Shown here one piece after another: positions 30,701 through 38,200 of a DNA stretch of 64,000 bases; position 1 is the first letter of the stretch; each line of letters opens with the position of its first letter. Location of the stretch: NCBI GenBank assembly GCA_018646625.1, contig JABGUJ010000001.1:255534-319533 (forward strand), in the 5' to 3' direction. The stretch is from Candidatus Woesearchaeota archaeon. Lineage in GTDB: Archaea > Nanobdellota > Nanobdellia > Woesearchaeales > JABGUJ01. Both the position numbers and the translations under genes were made by a program. The notes beneath the pieces were generated by a model. It was not told where the DNA came from. It searched no databases and worked only from the letters and a program-made list of their open reading frames with translations.

Positions 30701-33665
30701 CAACATAAACAACCTCATTATTGAAAGGCATATAGCCTGCCTTAAATGGAACTACTGAATACTTACCAACAGACAAACCGATTTCATATCTGCCATTATC
30801 GGCAAACGCCACAAATGATAAACCCGAATCAATATTTGTAAAAATCGCTTTAGACTCAAACAACAAAGTTTCAAAGACTCCAGACGCATCAACAAGTCTA
30901 ATATCGCCTTCAATTAGTATTGTTTCAACATACTGCGCACATTCATACTCCCCATCACCATTCTGCAAAAATACAGGATATGTAGATTCACGATTCTCGG
31001 AAGGACAACATGCACCAACGGTAGGAGAAGAAGTAGGGAAAAGTTGCTCACCACAATAACAAGCAGTATCTCCACCATTACTTGAAAAATCAACAGCATC
31101 AATATAACCATCAAAAGGAGAGACATCATCTCCAGTTTCCCAATACATATCTCCGTTTGCTTTAGTCATTTCTTTAGCATCAACATCGCATTCAGGATAA
31201 GATAAAATACACTCAGAAGTACAAGCATAAGACTCCGCACTACACCCTTCCTCGCCTTGATGCGCTGTCGCATAATCAGAATCTTGACACATTAATGGAT
31301 CAGAACAACACTGTGCTGCGGGCAAAGACGCTTTACATCCACCATCACAACAAACATCATTAGTTTCCTCGCCACAAGACGTTTCGGGAGGAATTAATGC
31401 ATATTCTTCAAAAAACAACTCCGAGATCAAAATAGAAGAATCATCACAACCGTTAGAACAACAAGCATATCCTTCCTGCAAGCAAGGACGATCGTCAATC
31501 TTGCTAAGACACTCAGCATAATCATCAGTAACAAAACCTTGCACACCATCTACAACAGCACCGGCTAAACAATAAGGCCCTTTGATATAAGACAAAGATG
31601 ACGTTCCCAAATAATTCAGTGGTCTATTTCCACACATACACGGTCCTTCTAAATTCCCATACACCTCTCCAGGATGTTCAGAATCTAACCTTGTACCGTC
31701 AACATCTCCTTCACAGTTTCTAAACTGACAATCTTGTTCACATTCACCTACATAGTTATCTTCAACCCACCTTCCAAAACATATGCCTGGAAAAAGACGC
31801 GACACTCCACCAACAGAAGTGTTGTATGTACAAGATTTACCTTGACAAGAAACTTCTTGACAATTTGCTAAACCATTATCGTCGTTATCAAGAGGAAAAT
31901 AGGCATTGCCATACCCTTCCATATCATCACAAATTTCAGTAGAAGGTGTATCGGCTTTAGCAATAAAAGAGCCTTCACACGCTTGAACATTATGAGATTC
32001 ATTAAATGAATGCAAACCAATTGTCTCCCCATCAAAATAATCCTTTAATTCTTCAGAAAAGAAATTACAAGTATCGCCAGTAAACTCGTTCTCCCAACCA
32101 TCACATGCTGCATGACAAGTATCATCCCCAATAAACGTACAATCTGCCTCACAAACTGCAGATTCAGATGCGGAGACACAAGTGTAAATATCTAAACCTT
32201 GAGAATCTGGACCTTGACTTTGACAAGTATAACCTGGAGAACAACAATCATCAACAGTGCCTTCCACGCCATCTAAAGACCTGCAATCTCTAACTAATTC
32301 TAAAGCATCATTACAATACCAACCAGTCATCGGCACCACGCAACTATTTTCAGGAGTTACACCACATGTCGGACCCGAAAACATTTGTATGGCTTCGGGC
32401 AACATATAAGATCCATCAGAAAGATCCGAAGAAACAATTTCAAACTCAGTATAATTAGAATCATAATTGGTCGCACTAACTGAAACTTTCAAAAGCAAAG
32501 GTTCATCATCGGAAACATAAACAGAATCAAAGTTAAAACCAGATATTCCTGGCGTTGTATCAAACGTATCCACAAAACCATCAAGTGGAGCACCAACTAA
32601 AACATATTCATAAGGATATTCCATAAACACATCAAAAGAATCAGGAAGTGCATTATTAAAATGGACATTACCGAGCACAGTTCCTTCCGTTTGTTCTTCA
32701 AGATATACTTCAACTATTGCAACATTACCGTCTTCTGAACTTATAGTTACTTCCTGAACCTCATAACCAAAACCCCATGCGCCAACAATAACATTTCTAG
32801 TAGGATCATCACCTACAGGAACCTCCATCCAACACTCTCCTGATGAATTAGTTACACACTGAGAAGATTCGCCTTCACCATAACTCCAAATAGCAGTTGC
32901 ATCTTCAAAAGGTTCAAGTAACTTATTTCTTACAATAACAAGAATTGCGCCTTCACTCGCAAGAGTCATAGGAATTATTTGATCATATTTATTTTCATCA
33001 TAAACATTAATTGACGGCAACCCTCCACTAAAAGATCCCGCACTTGCAGACAGAGAATACATTCCAGGAGAAACCCCTGCATTAAACAAAAATGAATAAC
33101 CCTCCGATTTAGAAGCTACGACTTGAAGCCCCAACTTATTTAAAGTAACAACAACTTGCTCAGGTCTCGCGACAATAGGAACAACGGTACCAAAAGAAAG
33201 AGAACCCGAAATTGTTCTTTCAACAATCTCATCACACACACAGTAATCATTTTCCTTGAAAGAATAAGTAAACAGGCCTAGCTCAGTAAACTTATTTTGA
33301 CACGCAAAATAACTCATATCGTTATCAGCAAAACCACAAACATCGTCTTCAGAAAAAATCTTACAACAATCACCATAGCAAGAACCATTAATTAAATCCA
33401 AATCAACATTCTCCGAGGCACCAGCCCTTATTTGCGTCTCTTGGTCTTGAAAAAACCAATCAACAACAAAAGTCGAATCATAATAATTAGAACAGATCTC
33501 CTCAGGGGTAGATCCCTCTGGAACATCAGAATTGAAAATCTGTAAACAAGAAGCCGAATCGTCGCTGGGTATAACACAAGTACCTTCAGCCGCAAAAACA
33601 AAAGAAGACATCAAAAACAAGAGTAGAAAGAACACTAAACCAACCCCTATCACCCTCTTTTTCAA
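18729..33665 (-). CDS. Giant (~4980 aa) secreted acidic Cys-rich modular surface protein
   Basis: Uninterrupted 15-kb ORF; TTG start at 33665 inferred from SD GGTGA (33673-33677) and signal peptide KKRVIGVGLVFFLLLFLMSSFVFA; carboxypeptidase-regulatory-like and FN3-like segments, Cys-rich modules, three ~500-640-aa repeats. Confidence 0.88.
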   Translation of the reverse strand: MKKRVIGVGLVFFLLLFLMSSFVFAAEGTCVIPSDDSASCLQIFNSDVPEGSTPEEICSNYYDSTFVVDWFFQDQETQIRAGASENVDLDLINGSCYGDCCKIFSEDDVCGFADNDMSYFACQNKFTELGLFTYSFKENDYCVCDEIVERTISGSLSFGTVVPIVARPEQVVVTLNKLGLQVVASKSEGYSFLFNAGVSPGMYSLSASAGSFSGGLPSINVYDENKYDQIIPMTLASEGAILVIVRNKLLEPFEDATAIWSYGEGESSQCVTNSSGECWMEVPVGDDPTRNVIVGAWGFGYEVQEVTISSEDGNVAIVEVYLEEQTEGTVLGNVHFNNALPDSFDVFMEYPYEYVLVGAPLDGFVDTFDTTPGISGFNFDSVYVSDDEPLLLKVSVSATNYDSNYTEFEIVSSDLSDGSYMLPEAIQMFSGPTCGVTPENSCVVPMTGWYCNDALELVRDCRSLDGVEGTVDDCCSPGYTCQSQGPDSQGLDIYTCVSASESAVCEADCTFIGDDTCHAACDGWENEFTGDTCNFFSEELKDYFDGETIGLHSFNESHNVQACEGSFIAKADTPSTEICDDMEGYGNAYFPLDNDDNGLANCQEVSCQGKSCTYNTSVGGVSRLFPGICFGRWVEDNYVGECEQDCQFRNCEGDVDGTRLDSEHPGEVYGNLEGPCMCGNRPLNYLGTSSLSYIKGPYCLAGAVVDGVQGFVTDDYAECLSKIDDRPCLQEGYACCSNGCDDSSILISELFFEEYALIPPETSCGEETNDVCCDGGCKASLPAAQCCSDPLMCQDSDYATAHQGEEGCSAESYACTSECILSYPECDVDAKEMTKANGDMYWETGDDVSPFDGYIDAVDFSSNGGDTACYCGEQLFPTSSPTVGACCPSENRESTYPVFLQNGDGEYECAQYVETILIEGDIRLVDASGVFETLLFESKAIFTNIDSGLSFVAFADNGRYEIGLSVGKYSVVPFKAGYMPFNNEVVYVEVFENGNYYLATYDEGIWQVSGSAQNDEQLDLDITIKQFECDYDSAPGGFNGSHIKGVKAVKLNWTPPCYGFPVAYYKLVRQRLDGDTFVDDADVNVPISKVSQISPNQFFFIDDGGVLGLPAPAWDTTYNYILTVVYIQTNGELGAVPGSESGTATTQFTTGNAECEGKTLIDIENQQFCVGQIREVCLDNNHLASDGVTGQDYLNSPQGSVDLNRDGEFEADEHLFDDLYTPNCLTLEGDYICISSAGKAYCRLRGECATPGSNVFGLFSYEDACLGVPVGEFDGTNAEKYCYFDYSHSTKDDCFSCRKQENKKIMDDENNEYYYHSAGIDSLDTVTCYDYKSERGCEFDTCGAAYVDDGAADVRCKWYNTSSKEFGSGVCYPANPDNVEYSYTKNSDEFDDWYGYRSRGIGTTNDEKGPSTCNLCDGRLNPFANINCTQNVCDKLGDCYSEIDPMTQSGNSDKYVTACDLENDYAYCDEQKVKLDACKCEAVYHLFERIFDRWRDESGEYNLQSNYNDLHEFIGFIDDQIDNAFDCSNYSYYWVVGIDADSSDEPYTSHIPTDYFLRAQCQLNKVVLGDYLDACSTLAEDGFFVEPFEDFNYLDSLVSTCGYAPDFEWNSASEEYYDDFYSNITNDINLISADFDSTPYMLSYCTSCKDAHGMCDSYMTQKSCEGVDHLALNYTNATYVDTLPLPFPVEEDAPSVYSYEFEGTSGPYYEGDVEVQLELLNTSCQLASDYLNDETEFPPEVVADVVQALYYLDANKSLRNSINVLLPDVAENLTIQAGLLTSAELWNKTCWDRGGNYSVVEQKNSTNNTKYQELQNFLTMYSAPYPDGYWADLAEHELAAQTANDDLIDAWEYHINTYSAANLNLTNVRSNHTEAFNLKTDLVAKLADANNNITYILNDYIPDLEPHDIVKNYITAYDNNKTKCENYEATLSFSDDAQGGVLVFVPKPDDTVKITTSFEASGMHTYNISFLAKSSINLTTMYVTLNGRLASIVTIQNTSKLQLYEVHPILTAFDDPAESGDVNLSLFFQRQLTHLTNPEVKLSSVKIRSSVRQGLRFPSDDACGLSACDWNEDFGFCFKDGNDDDLPDCYVPDEAKGVLESNLDKTPGLSGWSSCNKNNTPPTVIDNIVNATVGRNGLDISFYSIDPVHLESKDKRTIVEGIEEDSELADGIPVKKLWFCIDRMDACDPFEYKDYNLNGDEDPGDNSIDLGLSTSFGYSYKMGDHSKNLIEAYIAYKEYIEGSSFSLEDSGPYYLRYAAMDQYYNMMPIRSSSMFIDMVPPTPKLTFLNSEDQRVIKSSNISLMIYSEVPGDTFYCSLNITNPDLTPGNPPYAVGLDPDNEDGKDKINGEGLYVNAFSGLNEGYHKLALHCWDDADNHNTTYYVVYIDAVSNINLTFPQPSHVISGKDVTDFWVVLTTKGNSTCNYRGTPFHEMHTDQQLEAEGLYYYADKVSFVSSFGNGDVSHYLGAGEYKAIDFDNPVTGAPISVADLENDVNIEDGGYVHMMHSSMFNKLINQDDLNAGYGFVAKSRYYPAQGESGLDDIFCVDQETSKTDSVRLVFTYDKSAPISTLTVDPDAYSVSNPNAPEITLNGKIYVDNLADNKIIFNCEDRNITNIDGSISAPENSENNDIGNVMGCDTEGMVLKFDSDQYPASRCTDYYSVGKDLTWGMFDSETELEEYVVSDTTVFLFKSVDFGGNEERFACLEVMFDEDLPTMTIVHSFAMDDWRYDLIDITNMSKFSVKFEINEPNPYTFNATLTHPDGSGVVPLFDEIDLPSNPLNLAYEKIDLPLKEGEFENLVYARLEDDVGRVNESELYIFYDQNAPVIDDLIVRDITHEDYADDFVCSMGEDGFGRICPQDKIEYGHPFEIIVFVDDVNFTSLPYFLENNTVYAGFKDMMSLQYGGYKVNESVCSDVYEDNYCSEDCVEEICTISCVWLNSTGENACDELGCFDGEELEGYEDTRYEVCYNKTTSWTPVVEYTGDLVEIEYVTNDLYLDGGLSYEEEEYAFVLRPTLLELSSSEDEIYTLDNVKAPMYEPVFKKYIYDFPWKAGEHIVEVKAVDILGNPTTPNSEALNTVQRFTVVDSVEASIAMGIREHATQLVVEDSLTTDYTYDVTFIADEYIMTDMENPNGDCVPRYELSPTPADPTYERNLNCFDNKCTLTIDNVKKLFGANVNEIYGYEFKGCDINERPFISSSLTFNVDTRGRSDDIPLPWIRAKDSSGNALPPYPANGVEYEIYSLSEQIELIGYIADYEGLKLEVRIQNNSGGPLHMFADVPSVALTPQPELCTETTLNVAAESLQGVYPGDGILSNDVESIFFGIENTADVPGLLNDKLAISDCYVRFSDEHIMNNFWRYSVLDSLLYFGEDEYYAHLEYGLDGADDANGFSVMTLNDPLKQPIQTEETFNLYQSKYPENWFNFSEVLPYADDINNMSIIVWLDGTPSYNSMNLVVKVVDDTYAPEVLDPVLYDLSGSPPETCEEGICEKLEYGHAFEILISVNDSEYTFFFEQDNTVLAKLKSLAGKYFVGNQTHYAELDSVFSDHLGISYFEPESMFRLRLNESYLTHNDEGDEYILVPYESKSLSMFDIFATKYPMAPGEYTIEVFANDSLGNEMTTELSFEIEDTVAPEFMFELNSTDEDFDYTAEDAVAESGYEFNLAIFANDFIINDSDDENAPSLTVQGVSSFVEPNDLSDYLVCNDTFCVFNDLLTALGKEVTGVLTFTFEACDLNRICGTDSFDLQVDTAELNSDIPLPWFKGDQTNDDPMPRSEDLVMGQHYFMKAIGDNVTLVGILPTSDDGLRLTIEMQHPPYTLFEINLSSAPESCGPAEDYQIANSVIASGVVFDLGAGSGEVPLEGIDDQTLTLNSDCKYAKFGDHHPLNDFNHYQFSFGGKNDLSHTSAIKDGLIGYYYVVDLVESLMHPVETQDYVEFYRNESPQNRFSKLVDLWTQGNNGWVVKVWNGDQFNFMILEVNNIPENNPPVIDDFFLVDTATELSCSPAYGCGTQIEWGHSFDVVVLINDTDYKSLITPDQTVNMTVFYPNGSVFIEEEITESISSISSGSDDYPDLSFDSEYAFANTVSVTSSILGSYGEYTFTNYSLPVGTYAVEIIATDVFGVSTTEYLEFNIVDTVAPEFEIKVFDGTKELDFEMGDELKLKPYKIVVTSTNALVDPESAMLSISGEGVDFSLSSGELSCENNVCEAWFAAIPPQVPHNTFGELELFFEASDVNGAFGSASLMINIDTMGYDSSLPLPWIKGVPRDENDEYTGDFEFPLIVVQKDNVTLTGFLPTDMIEYSYQIWVSKPDGAPSNVTDIISLNEGALACGSQSMGNYNVSGKNIGGMILSHSAGSTKFGVESIMNLSESEFADCTVRFGEYGHEENGWLNYPVGDINYFKHPNYNHELFDDTDFFVDYFSAITLAKSLAEEIFTKQGVFFRTAKQPHNWFNVTVDLPYDTTIVSIWIWKTGTDSYKFLDLEVFQVGEFGQYRIDNIVPDFDETFSFTSGIGNFETTIEFEVPLLSDCSLIHLADTTAEAFEIEIETEPVQAENGWFKYSYTITPDMCGPGGPFYQMGTKKEDTLSLKNNFHNFLIECTHPWLGSAVGPVCYKFDTLISQYDSISQTYTFTGLEDVCEANSPGGLPIITKCERDCSTTYFDYDGCIGDAACKWCPGSVVDGYKGMIEGGSCVNWNAGQCEDCEVNGVELKYDNRPSNIFVGGKADEGNKICDNVGTCNTDCGGHNVAAGCKCPTNCRISASGGLYVPPTNGNVDCGGPLACATDFPTVDYYSEAEYNVDKRFRIDVYDDPAQAGAVQRDDEYPGFDDYGTQGSFGYYMRQKGVDPRCELCESGGARYYVNDCGSCSDNPYNNDHKLNDWTEGPPGKNKRNKICDDVPMCPGTGNSVECSGYETTECRCHDSNTRFTGYLIAHDDHVPLADTPSNAQYSGPLVNCGGYSESYANSQGKTNCGTGTDDCTMC

Positions 33666-33700
33666 AATAGTTTCACCACTTTTATTCGTAGTAACGCTAA

Positions 33701-33756
33701 ACCACCAAGTACGCGTATTATTTATAAACCTAAACAAGAGCCGTTTATAAATATTT
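33701..33756 (-). promoter_or_regulatory. Putative promoter of the giant-protein operon (two TTTATAAA boxes)
   Basis: Minus strand: CGAAATATTTATAAACGG...GGTTTATAAATAATA; similar block at 46917-46960. Confidence 0.55.
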
Positions 33757-33928
33757 CGATTAAATAACGCCGATTAAAGGCCTCTAGCGCCCTTAAGAAT
33801 GATTTAAACACCATTTTGATCTTCAATTCCCCATCAAACAACTAAGCCAAACCAAAATGCACCCGATTAGGCTGTAAATATGTCGATTTCGGAAAAAGAG
33901 CAACTTAAGAGTGGTTACAAAACAAACG

Positions 33929-33936
33929 TTTATATA
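33929..33936 (+). promoter_or_regulatory. Putative TATA box for leaderless gene at 33961
   Basis: TTTATATA after an A-rich stretch, 24 nt before the ATG at 33961. Confidence 0.55.
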
Positions 33937-33960
33937 TTTCGCACTTATTTCTGTCCTAAA

Positions 33961-35211
33961 ATGGCATGGTACACATCTATGGCTAGAACCATTCGACCTC
34001 TATATGAAAAACCCGTTAGAGGCCTTGCCGCACTAGCACTTCTTGGCGCATTAACAATCGGCACAGTTGGTTGTTGCGGAAGTAACACAACCGGACATTC
34101 TGATGGAGATATTGACTGTGAAGGAATTGAATGCACATACGATGGAGATGCCGATGTTATAGACAGTGGCGAAGGAGATGTTGATTGCACAGGATGCGGT
34201 GATGGAGATGGCGGCACAGATGGCGACGGCGGAGAAGATCCTTTACCTCCCGACCCAATAGATGATGCTGAACTTCAACCTGAATCAGATAGCCAAATAA
34301 TTCTTGGTACTGATTTAAACTATGGATTAATTGTTCCTCCAAGCACAGGAGATTTAGTATGTCGAGTAAATATAATGGGACCCGGTGTTGATAAACTTTT
34401 AAGAGAAGGCCCATGCAATCCTGGAGAATTCTTTGGCGGAACTGAACCTATTACACATCCCGAATATCAACCAGGAGATCACACTTTAGATATTATTGTA
34501 GAAAATGACAACGGCGCAGTCGACGCACAAAGATTGTTCGATGTTGTTGGAAATGTGGCACCGATTATCGATCACCTACACCATCAATTTGCACACGTAG
34601 GTGGAAGCTACTATGCGGAGTTTATAGTCAGCGGCATCACACCTGAAAGTACCTTTTCAATCTCCGCCATAAATCCACCAGACTTCAATACAAACAATGA
34701 AACACCAATTGTAGAAATTGATGAAGGATACTTAGGAACTGGCGACCTTTTAAGTCAATATGGATATGTCGCTTATACACTACACGCTTGCAATGGAGAA
34801 CTTTGCGGAAACAAAGACATAAGAATTTGGATAAACAACTCATTAGAAAACATAAATTTACTTTTGGAAGACTCTAGCTACTTATTCCAAGCACCAAACA
34901 ACATCACAGATTATTTGTTTCACGGTAATTCAGAATTAGGACTAGAAGACTGTGAAACAAACAGAGTCCCAAGTTATAATCCTGAAGGACTTCCTAATTT
35001 AATTCTCGAACCTGAAGAAACAGAAGAAACAGTAATAACAGATCCGGAAGAAATCGCTTGCATATACTTAAATCTCATACAGTTAGGGACAACACCACAA
35101 ATGCTGGAACTCGTTGAAAGAAGCAGTCCAGGATCATACTCAGGATGGGAATCGTCTCTCACACCTTCATCAATTCTTGAAATAAGAAACTCAAGATTAG
35201 GACCTAACTAA
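33961..35211 (+). CDS. Putative lipoprotein / exported acidic protein with Asp-Gly-rich linker
   Basis: Hydrophobic signal ending TIGTVGCC (lipobox-like), then DGDIDC...GDGDGGTDGDGG; start moved from 33880 to 33961 on TATA spacing. Confidence 0.75.
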   Translation: MAWYTSMARTIRPLYEKPVRGLAALALLGALTIGTVGCCGSNTTGHSDGDIDCEGIECTYDGDADVIDSGEGDVDCTGCGDGDGGTDGDGGEDPLPPDPIDDAELQPESDSQIILGTDLNYGLIVPPSTGDLVCRVNIMGPGVDKLLREGPCNPGEFFGGTEPITHPEYQPGDHTLDIIVENDNGAVDAQRLFDVVGNVAPIIDHLHHQFAHVGGSYYAEFIVSGITPESTFSISAINPPDFNTNNETPIVEIDEGYLGTGDLLSQYGYVAYTLHACNGELCGNKDIRIWINNSLENINLLLEDSSYLFQAPNNITDYLFHGNSELGLEDCETNRVPSYNPEGLPNLILEPEETEETVITDPEEIACIYLNLIQLGTTPQMLELVERSSPGSYSGWESSLTPSSILEIRNSRLGPN

Positions 35212-38200
35212 CTTGCAGTACAACTTTGTACTTGAAATCTGAATTTGGATTATTATTTCTTATTTTAAATTGGGGATTGTGACAAGAACCTGAAAATGAT
35301 TTAGGATATGCTTCAGAATCCGAATCAGGATAAAGAGTATTACCAACCACCCCACTAAGGGAACAACCATTTACAACAACACGTATATCGGATTCTAGTA
35401 CTGAAACATCACCAGAATCTAAAAACTGAATCTCAATTTGAGAAAAAGAACCAAACGTATTCACAATCAACTCATTAGGAAGAACTTGTCCAACATCCTT
35501 ACCATCCAAACAAGGAGACTCCCAACCAGAGTTTAATGCATTTGCACTAACATAAATACTTCCTAAACCAGTCATTTCTGCATTACTATAACAACCAGAA
35601 CCATCATCATCATCAATTTCATCATCAACCTGATTCTCATTTACACATTTCCAACCATCCCCATCAGCAACAAGAACTTTATTACCAATTAAACCACAAC
35701 AACCGAGAGAATCATCCTCCGTAATATAAGAAATGCCCCTCTTATACTCAACTTCACCATCCAATATCCAACCACAAACCTTCAATTCATCATCAACATC
35801 TTGATCACAATTAGAATCTGTTGCAAGATTACACGAAGATTCATAACAAGCATACATCTCATCATCGGTCACACTATCAAACAAAGCAAAACCCAACTGT
35901 CTACAGCAATGATTATTGGACCCCTGAGAAAAGACAACGCCGGTCAAATCCAAACTATTAGCATAAGCGGCGTCATCCTCACAAACATCTCCAGGATCAC
36001 AATTTACTAAATACGTTAAACTGTCTCCACTAAGACAAAAATCCTTTGTGTGCTCCTCAGTATCACATGAATCATACTTATCATCACCTAAATCATCATT
36101 TACGCAAACGCCCACACCAGTTAAAACACCGTTGGATTGAAAACCATCTAATGAAGCCAAAGAAGTACTTACATCAGTATCACAAATCCTGACATCATCA
36201 GATACGTGAGTACATCTTCTACCGTCCTCAATAACACCCTCATCGATAATAGAATCACAATTATAATTAGATCCCAAATATTTAACACAAGTTCCATCAG
36301 GAGTACCATCAATATCAGAATCACACGCATATGACGGAACACCTGGTGGAGGTGCTGCACAGCCACAATTTTTATTAGTATCGGAGTACCATACAACCTC
36401 TTTAGAAGATGGACAAACTTTACAATCCGAACCACAGAACTTTGTTGAGACACCTGAAAAAACATATTGCTTAGGATCCTTTTCATCACAGGGTAAATGG
36501 GCATTACAATCATCATTAAGTGTCGCTCCAGTAATATCCCCACCAGACTCACATTTACCCACCCCTGAAGCACCTGTAACACCAGACGTCACGCCCTGAA
36601 TATTATTAGTACACTTAACACAATAAGTTTTGGAAGCTGTATTATCTCTCAGACCCGCAATATCAATATCATAACCAACAGCACAAAATTCTGAATTCCC
36701 GTCAACATTTGCATTAAGATCGGGATCAGACATCACCGGATCATAAACCGCATCCAAATCACTTTGAATAATACACCTGGAGTCGCCAGTATCGTAACCT
36801 AGGGGGATAGGTAACAAAGAAGAAAAATATTCTCCGATATAAGCAGAATTAACTTCAGATTTTGTCAAAAAAGAATATGGCTCACACTTAACAGAAGTAC
36901 AATCATCCTCGCATCCTCTTTTACGACCTTCATAGGCAGAACCTGGAGGAAAACCATGACATAGGTGATCGTTAGGATCATCAGGATGTAACGTACTTGG
37001 ACTTTCAGGAGTAGGGTTTGCATGACAACCAACGCCCCCTCCGTTATTCTTAACAGCTGCAGGTGGATTATTATACGTCGCACTAGCTACACTTTTAGTC
37101 CAACACAAATCTCCGCCTTCGGTAAAAGAACCAACACAGCAACCTATCTGACATTGTTGGCAAACTGTTCCTGTATCACCTAATCCGGCCCCTTCAATAC
37201 AATCAGCACACTCATTAGCAGAATTCAACAAACCACATAAAGCAGCAGGACTATTAAGATTAACCCCATCACAAGGCGCATCTTCACCTATAGCGCAAGC
37301 CGCAGTAATCAAACTAATACAACTAAAAGGATTATCTGGTGAATTACATTCGGCCTCGCAACCAACATCAAACTGAACAAAACTATCAACAATCTGTAAT
37401 GAGCCCGTATTTGTCTCTTTACATTTATCGGGGAACCAAGGAGGATCTAAACCACAACTAGGAATTATAGGATTTGAAACAGACACACCATGACACTTAT
37501 TATCAACATTATTATTACCACAATCACAATTAATAAAGCCGCCGCCAGTTCCATCAGGAAACTGCTCAGATTTACAAACAAACTTTGTTGGTTGATCATT
37601 CGCATTACAAGAACCATCACAATAATCCAAGAAATAAGGTTTATTACCATTACCACAACTCTGGCTCAATTTAGGTAAAAATCCTTTGTACATATTATCG
37701 CAAGCTAAATCCGCCTCACCACACCCGCAAGCTAAATCCGCCTCACCACACCCTCCAGAAATCGCATCATAAACTGACAACGCACCTGGAATATGTCCGT
37801 TCGCTTCACAAAACAAATTCACAGGACGATCATTACATTCTCCTTCATAACAAACAGATTGCGCACGATAAGGACCAACTTCATTATATTGACTTGAAGT
37901 AGAACATTTCCATTTCGGATTACAAAGAGGAATAGTATTATCATAACCAGGAGAAGTTATGTGATATTTAGTAAAATCAGATTCCCCTATTTTATCTGGC
38001 AACCCGCTCAATCTCTCAAAAGTATCATAACTGAATTTTTTACAATGTAAACCCTCAAAAGGATCATATTCAATTCTCGTTCCAAACACACCACAACCTT
38101 TACACCGTTGGACTTCATCATCTTCATAATCTAAACACGACATATTTCTAACATAATTATCGGCAGTACTTCCATTACAAATGTTCCCTCTCTCCCCATT

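Noticed and set aside
33757..33920. Intergenic region as possible tRNA or structured ncRNA
   Set aside because: No cloverleaf, T-loop consensus or convincing stem-loops visible by eye; a covariance-model search would be needed to exclude it fully
33666..33960. Track N-terminal extensions of the 5002-aa (to 33737) and 443-aa (from 33880) ORFs
   Set aside because: The extensions run through TATA-like boxes; SD, TATA spacing and signal peptides support starts at 33665 and 33961
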